Notes under the pieces: model-generated | Seen by the model: the letters and a program-made list of their open reading frames with translations, nothing else | What the model was told of the DNA's origin: nothing | Database searches by the model: none | Made by a program: the position numbers and the translations under genes | Virus record (IMG/VR): IMGVR_UViG_3300017783_005492 | Length of the DNA: 64,000 bases | Reading direction: 5' to 3' (one strand) | Source: an uncultured virus (IMG/VR IMGVR_UViG_3300017783_005492) | Lineage: Duplodnaviria; Heunggongvirae; Uroviricota; Caudoviricetes | Shown here: piece after piece, positions 26,827-36,569 of the stretch | Layout: each line of letters starts with the position of its first letter | Position numbering within the stretch: position 1 is the stretch's first letter

Positions 26827-27402
26827 ATGAATTTGTTTATTTTATCCACTTGTCCTATTGAGGCTGCACAGCAACAATGCGACAAACACGTACCTAAAAT
26901 GATCGTGGAAAGTGGTCAAATGCTTTCCACGACTCATCGAATGCTTGATGGTACTATGGAAAAACGTCCATCTAAGTCTGGTAAGACTATGGTCAAATAC
27001 TGGCGTATGGAAAATAAGCATTACGAAACCACACTCTATAATGCAGTACATACTGCTCATCCTTGTACCGTATGGTCTATGGAATCTTCCGAAAACTATA
27101 AATGGCACTACGAACACTTTCTTGCACTATGCGACGAGTATACGTATCGCTATGGTAAAACTCATAAAACCGATAGAGTTCTACGTGACATCCTTAGTAT
27201 TATGCCAGTGAATATGCCACAGAAAAACAAGTTGACAGAATTCAAACTTGCAATGAAATCAAATCCTGAATGTATTGCTCTTGGCGATCCAGTCAAAGCA
27301 TATCAAGCATTTTATCAAACCAAGCAGGATCGCTTCAAAATGGTATGGACTAAGCGTGATGTTCCATCTTGGTTTAAGTATAATGTAAATGCATATATAT
27401 AA
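26827..27402 (+). CDS. pyrimidine-dimer DNA glycosylase / endonuclease V-like protein
   Basis: MNLF.L...A...CDKHV.KM..ES.QML, H..HPCT.W, EYT.RYGK.H. Confidence 0.75.
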   Translation: MNLFILSTCPIEAAQQQCDKHVPKMIVESGQMLSTTHRMLDGTMEKRPSKSGKTMVKYWRMENKHYETTLYNAVHTAHPCTVWSMESSENYKWHYEHFLALCDEYTYRYGKTHKTDRVLRDILSIMPVNMPQKNKLTEFKLAMKSNPECIALGDPVKAYQAFYQTKQDRFKMVWTKRDVPSWFKYNVNAYI

Positions 27403-27428
27403 TATTATAGATTTTGGAGATAAGATGT

Positions 27429-27668
27429 ATGCCTAATTATGATTTCCTCAACACTGTTACAGGTGGCACTGAAACTCATACGATAAAAATGGCTGAATAC
27501 GATGCCTTTGTAAAAGACAATCCTAGCTTACAGCGTAAGCTAACTACGGTTGGTATGGTATCTCAGGCTAAAGAAACTTTAGCCAAAACCAGTGAAGACT
27601 GGCGACAGCATTTGAAAAATATTAAAAATAATAACGGTGCTGGCACCGACAATATTAAAACGTATTGA
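27429..27668 (+). CDS. small FmdB-like hypothetical protein
   Basis: MPNYDF N-terminus; typical neighbour of phoH. Confidence 0.55.
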   Translation: MPNYDFLNTVTGGTETHTIKMAEYDAFVKDNPSLQRKLTTVGMVSQAKETLAKTSEDWRQHLKNIKNNNGAGTDNIKTY

Positions 27669-27675
27669 GGAAAAT

Positions 27676-28371
27676 ATGAAGGCACGCGATGGCAGAGGCT
27701 CTAATGGAGGAGCTAACGTAAAGATCACTGATTTATATGACTTTGACCCAATCACTGCAAATCAAGAAATAGCATTTGCTTCTTGGGATGAAGGTGATAA
27801 TTTAGTGTTATCTGGTAGCGCTGGTACAGGTAAAACGTTTATTGCTTGTTACCTAGGCCTTGAGGCTGTACTTGAAAAAGAATACCAAAGGCTAGTAATT
27901 GTTAGATCTGTAGTACCTGTAAGAGAAATGGGATTCTTGCCTGGTTCTGCAGATGAAAAAAAGGACGTATTTTCGGCGCCATACAAAGCTATTTTTTCTG
28001 AATTAGTTGGCGACGTTGCAGCCTATAACAAGCTTATAAATAGTAAGCTTGTTGAGTTTGAGTCAACATCATTTATTCGTGGTATCACATATGATAACTC
28101 AATAATCATTGTTGATGAAATGCAAAATATGAACTTCCACGAGCTTGATTCGATCATCACTCGTGTAGGTAATAACTGTAGAATAATATTCTCTGGTGAT
28201 TACCGTCAAACAGATTTTAAGTATAAGGATGAAAAGGATGGGATCCTTCAATTCCTCAATATTGTAGAAAGACTGAATAACTTTAGTGTCATTAACTTTG
28301 GGTGGGATGACATTGTGAGATCCGATTTTGTTCGTGACTATATTATGACAAAAGAAATGTTAGGCTATTAG
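27676..28371 (+). CDS. phoH: PhoH-like ATPase
   Basis: GSAGTGKT Walker A, RSVV...GFLPG, FIRG, DEMQN, TRVG, GD..Q.D. Confidence 0.92.
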   Translation: MKARDGRGSNGGANVKITDLYDFDPITANQEIAFASWDEGDNLVLSGSAGTGKTFIACYLGLEAVLEKEYQRLVIVRSVVPVREMGFLPGSADEKKDVFSAPYKAIFSELVGDVAAYNKLINSKLVEFESTSFIRGITYDNSIIIVDEMQNMNFHELDSIITRVGNNCRIIFSGDYRQTDFKYKDEKDGILQFLNIVERLNNFSVINFGWDDIVRSDFVRDYIMTKEMLGY

Positions 28372-28381
28372 GAGGAAATCA

Positions 28382-28939
28382 ATGGCAGCAGAAAATTTCG
28401 ATCTATCACTCGAAAGAATGTTAAGATCAGAAGGTGGATTTGTAGATCATCCTAAAGATCCAGGTGGTGTTACAAATTTAGGAGTTACAAAACGAGTATG
28501 GGAAGATTTTACCGGTACAAAAGTAACGGTAGATGAAATGCGTGCATTAACTGTGGCAGATGTCACAGAGCTATATCGTACAAACTATTGGAATCTTGTC
28601 AGAGGAAACGATTTGCCTCACGGTCTTGATTATGCAGTGTTTGATTATGCTGTAAATAGTGGCGGTGGTAGAGCTGGTAGACATATTCAAGAAGTAGTTG
28701 GTACAACAGTCGATGGTGGTATTGGTCCAAATACGATCCAAGCTATTAACGATTTTTGTGAAGAACATGGCACACTGGAATGTGTAGACAGACTTCTTAG
28801 TAAAAGAATTGAATTCCTAAAAGGTTTAGACCACTGGGAAACGTTTGGAAAAGGTTGGACAAACCGCGTTAATCATGTATGGCGTGATTGTGAAGTTATG
28901 ATTAATCCAGACGATCAAAAAAAAACTGGGCATCAATAA
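28382..28939 (+). CDS. endolysin, glycoside hydrolase family 108 with PG-binding domain
   Basis: EGGFVDHPKDPGGVTNLGVT, FD.AVNSG, DG.IGP.T, FGKGW.NR. Confidence 0.9.
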   Translation: MAAENFDLSLERMLRSEGGFVDHPKDPGGVTNLGVTKRVWEDFTGTKVTVDEMRALTVADVTELYRTNYWNLVRGNDLPHGLDYAVFDYAVNSGGGRAGRHIQEVVGTTVDGGIGPNTIQAINDFCEEHGTLECVDRLLSKRIEFLKGLDHWETFGKGWTNRVNHVWRDCEVMINPDDQKKTGHQ

Positions 28940-29073
28940 GACAGCTTGAAAAGTTGCAGCCACGCTGGAGAAAAGGCCCAACAGCTAGAAAGCCTAATAA
29001 GCCTCCTAAAATGACTGAAGAACAACACGCATATTACATGTATCAAAAATACACATAAAACCTGAGATTTATT

Positions 29074-29742
29074 ATGAAATTTGACTATCAGCCAGTTGAT
29101 TTAGGCTATGAAGATTTATCAGCAAATACTACCAAAAAGGGGCGGACCTATACTGCTCCTGATGGAGCTAAATATCCTTCTATTACGACGGTACTTTCGA
29201 TCCTTAGTGAGGATGCTATTAGGGCATGGCGAAAACGAGTGGGAGAAGAGGAGGCCAATCGCATTGGTTTTAGAGCTTCTAATCGCGGTACTGCTGTACA
29301 TAGTATTGTTGAACGATATTTAAGGAATGAAGATACTACCGACTTTTTACCACATATTCAGCATAGTCTTAATAACCTTAAGCCAATTTTAGACGACAGA
29401 TTGTCTACTATATACGGACTAGAAGTTCCATTGTATAGTAGACATCTTGGCGTTGCTGGTCGAGTTGATTGTGTAGCCATGTTTGATGGTGTACCTTCAA
29501 TTATTGATTTTAAGACATCTAAAAGAATTAAGCAAAAGAAAAACATATCTAATTACTTTGCACAGATGGCAGGATACGCTGTCATGTGGGAAGAACGTAC
29601 AGGTATGCCTATTACAAATACTGTTGTTATAATGGATGTTGATTATGAAAGGCCTTTAATATTCAAAGAACACCGCGATAATCACATTAAATTGCTAGAA
29701 GATACGATTAAAGAGTACCAAACAAGAAAATTATTTGGATAA
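29074..29742 (+). CDS. PD-(D/E)xK exonuclease (Cas4/RecB-like)
   Basis: YPSITTVL, RGT.VH, AGRVDC...IIDFKTS, Q...YA. Confidence 0.85.
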   Translation: MKFDYQPVDLGYEDLSANTTKKGRTYTAPDGAKYPSITTVLSILSEDAIRAWRKRVGEEEANRIGFRASNRGTAVHSIVERYLRNEDTTDFLPHIQHSLNNLKPILDDRLSTIYGLEVPLYSRHLGVAGRVDCVAMFDGVPSIIDFKTSKRIKQKKNISNYFAQMAGYAVMWEERTGMPITNTVVIMDVDYERPLIFKEHRDNHIKLLEDTIKEYQTRKLFG

Positions 29743-29799
29743 AAATCATAAGCCATTGATTTTGTTAGAAACCTTTTTCAATTAAAATGCATTTAATGG

Positions 29800-29852
29800 T
29801 GTACAAACCATTAAAACTGTGGTATAATAGTACTATAAAATGGAAAAGGAAA
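29800..29852 (+). promoter_or_regulatory. early promoter with conserved leader
   Basis: TGTACA(29800)-17bp-TATAAT(29823), AGTACTATAAAATGGAAAAGGAAA. Confidence 0.85.
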
Positions 29853-29858
29853 AGAAAA

Positions 29859-30110
29859 ATGTTTTATTATAAAGAAAAATTCACAAACGACTCAGAATAT
29901 CTAAGATATGATGGTGAAATTGTGGCTCGATTTAAGTACTCAAAAGGTCCATTTACTAAAGCCAAGTTCAAGAAATTCTTGATCAACAATAAGCTTACTG
30001 TAAATTACTATAAAGAGTTACGTCAGCAAGGTCTTGCTCCTCTTGATGTATGGGAAAAGCTTTCACCATCATCTTATAGATCAACAATTGAAGCTTGGAG
30101 GAACAAATAA
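29859..30110 (+). CDS. early hypothetical protein
   Basis: ATG after the conserved RBS; VARFKY motif. Confidence 0.7.
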   Translation: MFYYKEKFTNDSEYLRYDGEIVARFKYSKGPFTKAKFKKFLINNKLTVNYYKELRQQGLAPLDVWEKLSPSSYRSTIEAWRNK

Positions 30111-30664
30111 TGGCTAACATATATTTAGACATGGACGGCGTTATTGCAGACTTCTTCGGTCTCTGGGCTGATAGCTGCGGTGCCGTTCACTGGAAGTCTA
30201 TTAAAGAAAAAGAAAAATCTTTAATGGATTTACATAACACTGACTTCTTTAATAAGTTACCAGTGTTTTGGGATGAAAATGGTTATAATATTTCAAAGGC
30301 TATTATCAGAGAAACTCAATTTATGGCTCAACAGGCTGGTATGGGTTGGGGTATCTGTTCATCTCCTCTTCGTAACGATACAATGAACTCAGCTTATTGG
30401 AAGCGAGTTTGGCTACAAGATCATGGTTGGATGCCACAAGATATGGAAAATCTTATCTTTACCAGTAACAAACATAAGTATGCTAGGTGTAAACTTAAAG
30501 GTACACCAAACATTCTTATCGACGATAAGCCTGACAACATTAAAAAATGGATTGATCATGGCGGTATTGGTATCCGGTTCCAAACAGATAAAGATGACTA
30601 TAATGAATATCTCTTAGATCAAGAACTACCTAAAGCTATAGAGATATATAAAAATACCTTATAG
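30110..30664 (+). CDS. HAD-family 5'(3')-deoxyribonucleotidase-like protein
   Basis: YLDMDGVIADF motif I, ILIDD motif IV; GGAGG RBS. Confidence 0.85.
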   Translation: MANIYLDMDGVIADFFGLWADSCGAVHWKSIKEKEKSLMDLHNTDFFNKLPVFWDENGYNISKAIIRETQFMAQQAGMGWGICSSPLRNDTMNSAYWKRVWLQDHGWMPQDMENLIFTSNKHKYARCKLKGTPNILIDDKPDNIKKWIDHGGIGIRFQTDKDDYNEYLLDQELPKAIEIYKNTL

Positions 30665-30674
30665 GAGATAAGAT

Positions 30675-30926
30675 ATGAAATGGCTGATCGTCGTAGCGAT
30701 GCTGAATACGTCACCATCGCAACACACAGATATGTATGCATTTGTAGGTTACCCTTTTCCAAACCCTACAACATGCAAAGCATTTGTTGAAGTGAATGAG
30801 TTCCTTATTGTAAATATTGCTAGATCTCATTACGACGGTCAGCCAGTGGATCAAATTTATTGTGCACCGGCAGAATCTGTTTTTGAACAGATGGAAAAAC
30901 TGCGGCAGAAAGGTGTTGAAGCTTGA
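30675..30926 (+). CDS. hypothetical protein, possibly secreted
   Basis: AGGAG RBS; MKWLIVV N-terminus; two Cys. Confidence 0.65.
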   Translation: MKWLIVVAMLNTSPSQHTDMYAFVGYPFPNPTTCKAFVEVNEFLIVNIARSHYDGQPVDQIYCAPAESVFEQMEKLRQKGVEA

Positions 30927-31699
30927 AACAGCTTATATTTCAGGTTTACGTAGGTAAAAAATCTGCGCTATATGACCACTGCACAAATTCAGTAGCGGCA
31001 TACTGTAAAGAGCATGATATAGATCATGTTATACTTACTAAGCCTAAACTAATGGTAAGACCTGATCCGTTTAATACTGGTCGTAGTAAAGAGGCTGTTG
31101 ATAGACTAGGCTATCTTCCAATTTTTGAAAAGGAAGTGGCCTTTGAATACTTTGATGATTATGATCAAGTAGCTATCATAGACTCCGACATATGGATTAG
31201 ACCAGGCTCTCCAAACATTTTTAATGAGCTACCACCTGAATTTGATTTTGGTGGTGTTGCTGAACGCGATATGCCAATTACAGAGCAATACGCAAGAAAA
31301 ATTATAAACTATTCGCAAATGCAATATGGTAAGCTTCATGGTAAAGTAGATTTTATGCCAAACAGATTTGGCTACGAATTCTTTAACATGGGTATGATGG
31401 TAATGAATAAAGGCTTTCAAAAGCATCTTAAAGGTATGTCACCGAAAGACTGGATTACTCAACCGCAATTTAAGGATTTTGTTGATGGTGTTGGTCCGTG
31501 GAAATGGTCAACAGATCAAACGCTTTTGAATTACTTTATGAAATCATCACGTGTAAAAGTAAAAAATATGGACTGGAAATGGAACGGTCTGTTTACAGCC
31601 AACACTAATATCACGCAATGCCACTTTGTACATTTCTTTTTGAAAGATAAGCTACCTCAAAAAGGCGAGAACGTAGAGGAACTAATGAAACATGTCTAA
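30923..31699 (+). CDS. glycosyltransferase (GT-A fold, GT8-like)
   Basis: IDSD DxD motif, FFNMG, DQTLLN, HF. Confidence 0.75.
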   Translation: MKQLIFQVYVGKKSALYDHCTNSVAAYCKEHDIDHVILTKPKLMVRPDPFNTGRSKEAVDRLGYLPIFEKEVAFEYFDDYDQVAIIDSDIWIRPGSPNIFNELPPEFDFGGVAERDMPITEQYARKIINYSQMQYGKLHGKVDFMPNRFGYEFFNMGMMVMNKGFQKHLKGMSPKDWITQPQFKDFVDGVGPWKWSTDQTLLNYFMKSSRVKVKNMDWKWNGLFTANTNITQCHFVHFFLKDKLPQKGENVEELMKHV

Positions 31700-32375
31700 A
31701 ACTATCTTCGTACATATCCCTAAAAATGCTGGTATGACTATTCGGCATAGCACACAATTAAGAGATAAAATATTAGTTAATTCTCCTGACCGTCATAAGT
31801 CAAAGGCATATACAAAAGGCCTACATGAACAAATGGCAAAAACTGGTGATCATCACGGTAACGAGCATGCTCGATGGCGAGATCTTAATGAAGATTACCG
31901 TGAGTCAAATCCAGCATTTGCTGTAATTCGTAACCCCTGGGATCGTGTAGTTTCAAGGTATTTCTTTGCTAAAAAGGTCATTGAGGTAGAGCAAAAAGAG
32001 TCTAGTCGATATGCTAATACATCTTCATTCGAAGCATTTTTGGATGAAAGGTTTAAGTGGGGTGAAGAAGAATATATGTGGCATCGTGCTGTTAGAGGCT
32101 GGTATCCTGCTATGGATCACATTACCGATGAGCAAGGTAATGTACGCTGCGATTGCTTACGACTTGAAAACTTAAGTAACGATCTTATTGATTATTTTGA
32201 TTTGCAAAATATGTCAAGAGCTAGAAATGTAACTGCACTAAATAAAGGTAGTTACAAAGATATGTACACGCCTCAAACTATTCAGATTATAGGTGATTGG
32301 TACAAAGCTGACGTTGACTATTTTGGATTTGACTTTGATACTTCTGCACAAAAAAACTTCTGGGAAAGGTCTTAA
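31692..32375 (+). CDS. sulfotransferase family 2 protein
   Basis: FVHIPKNAG 5'-PSB loop, RNPWDRVVS 3'-PB motif. Confidence 0.85.
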   Translation: MSKTIFVHIPKNAGMTIRHSTQLRDKILVNSPDRHKSKAYTKGLHEQMAKTGDHHGNEHARWRDLNEDYRESNPAFAVIRNPWDRVVSRYFFAKKVIEVEQKESSRYANTSSFEAFLDERFKWGEEEYMWHRAVRGWYPAMDHITDEQGNVRCDCLRLENLSNDLIDYFDLQNMSRARNVTALNKGSYKDMYTPQTIQIIGDWYKADVDYFGFDFDTSAQKNFWERS

Positions 32376-32376
32376 A

Positions 32377-32778
32377 ATGAAACATTTACTTACTGCCGCT
32401 TGCATGATAGGAATATCTGGTTGCACTCCTGCAATAGCCGAAGCGATTACTGATCACTACAAAAGTGTAATTGTTCAAAAACCGTACACTGTTGAGGTGT
32501 GTACACAAGGAGGCGGCAACAATAAATCTGAAGTTCAGAACTTTCTTGAAGGCGCTATTGTAGGTGGAGCTATTGGCAACAATATTCCTGGAGAAAATAA
32601 TGGCGGTGCTCTTGGTGCTTTTCTTGGCGGTGTATATAATACTGAAAGAAATAAAAATCAAGGCCCACAGTGTAGAACTGAAACACGATACGAAGAAGAA
32701 CGACGTGAAGTATATAGCCACAGCACTATCGTCTTTACATATGAAGGCCGACAACATTCAGTAAATTTTAAGAAATGA
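32377..32778 (+). CDS. glycine-zipper lipoprotein
   Basis: Lipobox-like ISGC; GAIVGGAIG...GALGAFLGG. Confidence 0.7.
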   Translation: MKHLLTAACMIGISGCTPAIAEAITDHYKSVIVQKPYTVEVCTQGGGNNKSEVQNFLEGAIVGGAIGNNIPGENNGGALGAFLGGVYNTERNKNQGPQCRTETRYEEERREVYSHSTIVFTYEGRQHSVNFKK

Positions 32779-32793
32779 TAGGAAGACTATATA

Positions 32794-33411
32794 ATGCTAG
32801 GTAAGCTATTTGACAAATATAAATGCGATAAAACCGCAAAGCACATGTATGATACGGTGTATGAGCCACTGTTTGAGAAACATAAAGATGATGAAATTAA
32901 CATTCTCGAAATTGGTGTATTCAAAGGAGCCTCAACTATGGCGCTGCTTGAATATTTTCCTAATGCTCAAGTCCACGGCATAGATGTGTTTAAGAGAGTA
33001 GCTATTCCTGATACAGTATGCTATGGACAAGAAAGAGTACACCTTATGAGGGGTGATTCTCAAAACATGGCGATTGGTCCACGTGTACGATCAACATGGG
33101 GAGCCATTAAGTTTGATATTATTATTGATGATGCAATGCATACACCTGCTGCAAATATGAAAACTTTACATGCATGTCTACCTCTTCTTAACGATGGAGG
33201 TACATACTTTATTGAAGATGTATGGCCACTCGAAAGTATGACTACAAAGCAGCTAGCACATCCGTGGTTAAAAAGAAATGCTCATGCTTACAATGCATTG
33301 GATAACGAAATGTTTCTTAAATCATTGGCTAATAGTAATAAAAAGATTACTAGGCACGATTTAAGAGATAAGACAGGTCAACCAGATTCTTATATTATTG
33401 AGTTAAGTTAA
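32794..33411 (+). CDS. class I SAM-dependent methyltransferase (sugar O-methyltransferase-like)
   Basis: DK...H.Y...YE, ILEIGV..GAS, FDIIIDD..H, GG.Y.IED. Confidence 0.8.
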   Translation: MLGKLFDKYKCDKTAKHMYDTVYEPLFEKHKDDEINILEIGVFKGASTMALLEYFPNAQVHGIDVFKRVAIPDTVCYGQERVHLMRGDSQNMAIGPRVRSTWGAIKFDIIIDDAMHTPAANMKTLHACLPLLNDGGTYFIEDVWPLESMTTKQLAHPWLKRNAHAYNALDNEMFLKSLANSNKKITRHDLRDKTGQPDSYIIELS

Positions 33412-34106
33412 TGAAAGCAAAAATTATTACCCTTAAAGGGCATAGTGGTAGTGAGCTAAACGCAGCTACATGTATTAAAAGCAGCAAAAAGTTACACAAT
33501 ACATTTGATATTGAAACCTTTGATGCTATTACACCTGAGCAAGTACCTCATATTATGAACTCAAATATGATCCAATGGACATATCCTCTTGAAGGTGTAA
33601 GAAATGATTTTGGTACAGGGCTAAAGCTTACAGCATATCCTACAGAAGTACCAGAAAAGCGTATTGCATGCTTTTTGTCACATTGGACACTATGGAAAGA
33701 AGTGATTGAAACCAATGAGCCAATGCTGATTCTTGAGCATGATGCTAAATTTGTACGCCATCTTGATCCTCAATATATTATTGATAGTAAGTTTTCCATT
33801 GTAGGAATTAATGATCCAATCGGTGCAACTCGTAAGGCTCGTACATATAAAGATATGATTCAGAGGGAAACCGATAGCATCATTTCAGTACCTCGAATCG
33901 ATGAGTTTAATATTCCTCAAGGATTGGCTGGAAATAGTGCATACATACTTAAACCAAACGGTGCAAAACAGCTAATTGAAACAATGAAAGACACGGGCAT
34001 TTGGCCAAACGATGCATTAATGTGTTATCAACTAATTAAACTTCTAGGTGTAACTACTCAATTTTATACCACAATACAACCAATGGAGTCTACAACAACA
34101 AGATGA
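33411..34106 (+). CDS. glycosyltransferase family 25-like
   Basis: FDAI, ACFLSH..LW, ILEHDA, AY...P.GA..L. Confidence 0.8.
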   Translation: MKAKIITLKGHSGSELNAATCIKSSKKLHNTFDIETFDAITPEQVPHIMNSNMIQWTYPLEGVRNDFGTGLKLTAYPTEVPEKRIACFLSHWTLWKEVIETNEPMLILEHDAKFVRHLDPQYIIDSKFSIVGINDPIGATRKARTYKDMIQRETDSIISVPRIDEFNIPQGLAGNSAYILKPNGAKQLIETMKDTGIWPNDALMCYQLIKLLGVTTQFYTTIQPMESTTTR

Positions 34107-34768
34107 CCTCAGCATATGTAATTTGTATAAAAGATAATGTTCAATCCATGCAGGCTGCTGAAAGATGTAAGCAGTCAGGCAATAAGTATGGATTTCCTAT
34201 TAGTGAATATCATGCTTGGACACCAGCAGATAATCCAATCGAAGTGTTAAATCAACAAAAAGGAGTGTCTACAGTTAACTTGGATGAGGTTTACTCTCGA
34301 ACAGAAAACTGTGCTGCAGCATTCTTAAGCCATTTTAGTCTATGGGAAAAGTGCCTTGAGTCCAATAAGCCTGTTGCAGTATTTGAACACGATGCTGTAC
34401 TTATGGGACCTGTTGATGATAGACTTACTCAAGGATTTGCATATAAGCAAATGATTAACATTGGTAAGCCATCATATGGCCAGTTTAGAACACCTGCTTT
34501 TATTGGCAGTGGACCATTAACATCTAAGAATTACTTTCCAGGTGCTCATGCATATATGATTAAACCAGCAGCAGCTCGTAGTCTTATTAGTTTTGCTAGA
34601 ACAAATGGTGCAAATCCTACTGATGTATTTCTTGATAAGAGAAGATTTCCGTTTTTGGAAGAGTGGTATCCATGGGTAGCCGTGGCTAAAGATTCATTCA
34701 GCACAATTCAGGTTGAAAGAGGCTGTTTGGCTAAACACAATTATAATGAGGATTATAAAATTGTCTGA
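34103..34768 (+). CDS. glycosyltransferase family 25-like (paralogue)
   Basis: FLSH..LW, VFEHDA, GAHAY...P.AA..L. Confidence 0.8.
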   Translation: MTSAYVICIKDNVQSMQAAERCKQSGNKYGFPISEYHAWTPADNPIEVLNQQKGVSTVNLDEVYSRTENCAAAFLSHFSLWEKCLESNKPVAVFEHDAVLMGPVDDRLTQGFAYKQMINIGKPSYGQFRTPAFIGSGPLTSKNYFPGAHAYMIKPAAARSLISFARTNGANPTDVFLDKRRFPFLEEWYPWVAVAKDSFSTIQVERGCLAKHNYNEDYKIV

Positions 34769-35420
34769 ATTTGATAGAGCCTTCTTAACAGGATGTGATA
34801 AGAATACAGAATGGATGTTGCCTTGGTTTATGGAAGGCTTTAAGAAGCATAACCCTGATGCTAAAATATCACTTGCTGATTTTGGTATGAGTGATGAAAT
34901 GATGGAATGGGCAGTAGCATCAAAGATGTTTCATTCTATTGGCCAAATGGATAAATCAACAAATACTCAAGGCTGGTTTTTTAAGCCAAGTGCAATGCTT
35001 GGTACACCTTATAAAGAGGTATGTTGGATTGACACGGACTTTCAAGTAATAGGTGACATGACTGAAATCTTTAACTACATTGAACCACAAAGGTTGGCTA
35101 TGGTTGAAGATACTCCTTGGAGTAAGAGGACTGGCCAACACTGGCATAATAGTGGTATTGTAGCTTTTAGAGAAAAGCCACCTATCTTACATGAGTGGGC
35201 TCAAAGAGTACAAGAAAAACCTGAAAGAGGTGACCAAGAAACACTGCATGCTATGATGGACCCTTTGAGGAAAGCAATATATATTACAGATTTACATCAA
35301 AAGTTTAATTTTATGCGATTGATGATTATAGACAAAATGCCTAAACCAAAAGATCTAAGAGCAATTCATTGGACTGGTGGTAAAGGAAAAGACGAGATCA
35401 GGGATCAAATGAAAAAATGA
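34761..35420 (+). CDS. glycosyltransferase (GT-A fold)
   Basis: WIDTD, NSG, GDQE, HWTG; probable TTG start after GAGG. Confidence 0.7.
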   Translation: MSEFDRAFLTGCDKNTEWMLPWFMEGFKKHNPDAKISLADFGMSDEMMEWAVASKMFHSIGQMDKSTNTQGWFFKPSAMLGTPYKEVCWIDTDFQVIGDMTEIFNYIEPQRLAMVEDTPWSKRTGQHWHNSGIVAFREKPPILHEWAQRVQEKPERGDQETLHAMMDPLRKAIYITDLHQKFNFMRLMIIDKMPKPKDLRAIHWTGGKGKDEIRDQMKK

Positions 35421-36010
35421 AAGTCCATATTATAGGCAACGGTGATTCACATAACTTTTACATTCCTCAAAAAGGATTAAAGCTTACATGTAATCTACCA
35501 CCGCGTGAAATTCCATTTGTATATGCCACATGTATTGTAGACTTTAAGATGTGTAGAGCTATCCATAAAGGAGAGATTGATCTTTCTGGTTACGACTGGG
35601 TATGCGGTGCTAGGCCTAAAAAATATACTGAAATGCATTCGGACTTTTATATAAAATCGGCTAAAAATATTAAAGAATTTTATTTGAACTTACCAAGATA
35701 TGCGTCAAACTATACAGACTTCAACTGTGGCCACATGGCTACTCACTACGCAGGAAATAAGCTGCAGGCTGAGGAGATTCACTTATATGGATTCGACAGT
35801 ATTTTCGACTTTAATCTTATATCTACAACAGACTTTGTATTACCTTCAAATAGAGATGCAGAAAATACATACAGATTGGCTAACAATTGGAGGCCAATAT
35901 CAGAAGGTATTTTCAAAGAATTCAAATCAACACAATTCTTTGTGTATCACAAACACGACAAGCCTAAAATTACATTACCAGAAAATGTTGAAATCATTAC
36001 CCCTAAGTAG
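35417..36010 (+). CDS. hypothetical protein, GT29/MptE-like Rossmann fold
   Basis: HIIGNG.S, G..A, IHLYGFD. Confidence 0.5.
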   Translation: MKVHIIGNGDSHNFYIPQKGLKLTCNLPPREIPFVYATCIVDFKMCRAIHKGEIDLSGYDWVCGARPKKYTEMHSDFYIKSAKNIKEFYLNLPRYASNYTDFNCGHMATHYAGNKLQAEEIHLYGFDSIFDFNLISTTDFVLPSNRDAENTYRLANNWRPISEGIFKEFKSTQFFVYHKHDKPKITLPENVEIITPK

Positions 36011-36039
36011 TTTACAATCTAGTCATAGTATGGTATAAT
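36011..36039 (+). promoter_or_regulatory. early promoter, probably yielding a leaderless mRNA
   Basis: TTTACA-17bp-TATAAT-AGTACT-ATG(36046). Confidence 0.8.
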
Positions 36040-36045
36040 AGTACT

Positions 36046-36531
36046 ATGATTTGGTTGGATATTACAGGTGGTAAAAAGTCAGAGCGCTCCAAAGTAGAGG
36101 ATGCGTTCTGGTTTGCTTTGTCTAAACTTATGCCTCGTAAACAAAATTTAGATGTTACTATTAATTTGACATCCTTAAAAGATGCAGACGGATACTGTCA
36201 TGGCATACCGGGAGGCGAGTATGAGATTGAAGTTAAAAAAGGACAAAGCTATCCAGACTTGATTACAACTGTATTTCATGAAATGGTTCATGTTAGACAG
36301 TATGAGAGAAGGGTAGAGATGGATGACACTTTACCCTATTTAGACCGGCCTTATGAACAAGAAGCGTATAAACTTCAGGAGGAATTATGGGAACTCTACA
36401 ATCAGAAAAAAGAGAAAGTTATTACGACTATATGCTACGAAAGTCTCAGGAAGAAGACAAAAGACTCGGTATCGACCATAGATCTGACCGAACTCTTATC
36501 CACGAGCTCTCTGACAAAATTAAACGCCTAG
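36046..36531 (+). CDS. zincin-like metallopeptidase
   Basis: HEMVH..Q, PYEQEA. Confidence 0.7.
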   Translation: MIWLDITGGKKSERSKVEDAFWFALSKLMPRKQNLDVTINLTSLKDADGYCHGIPGGEYEIEVKKGQSYPDLITTVFHEMVHVRQYERRVEMDDTLPYLDRPYEQEAYKLQEELWELYNQKKEKVITTICYESLRKKTKDSVSTIDLTELLSTSSLTKLNA

Positions 36532-36569
36532 AAATTGATATGGCACACTTGTTGAGAGCAGATGATTAA
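36387..36569 (+). CDS. small hypothetical protein overlapping the peptidase 3' end
   Basis: Strong RBS AGGAGG before ATG; coiled-coil C-terminus. Confidence 0.55.
   Translation: MGTLQSEKRESYYDYMLRKSQEEDKRLGIDHRSDRTLIHELSDKIKRLEIDMAHLLRADD

Noticed and set aside
23161..29010. 15-bp repeat AATAAGCCTCCTAAA at 23161 and 28996
   Set aside because: Only two distant copies, both readable as NKPPK in small basic ORFs; no shared flanking context
29074..29742. cas4 as evidence of a CRISPR system
   Set aside because: Stand-alone Cas4-like exonucleases are routine in T4-like phages; no array or other cas genes
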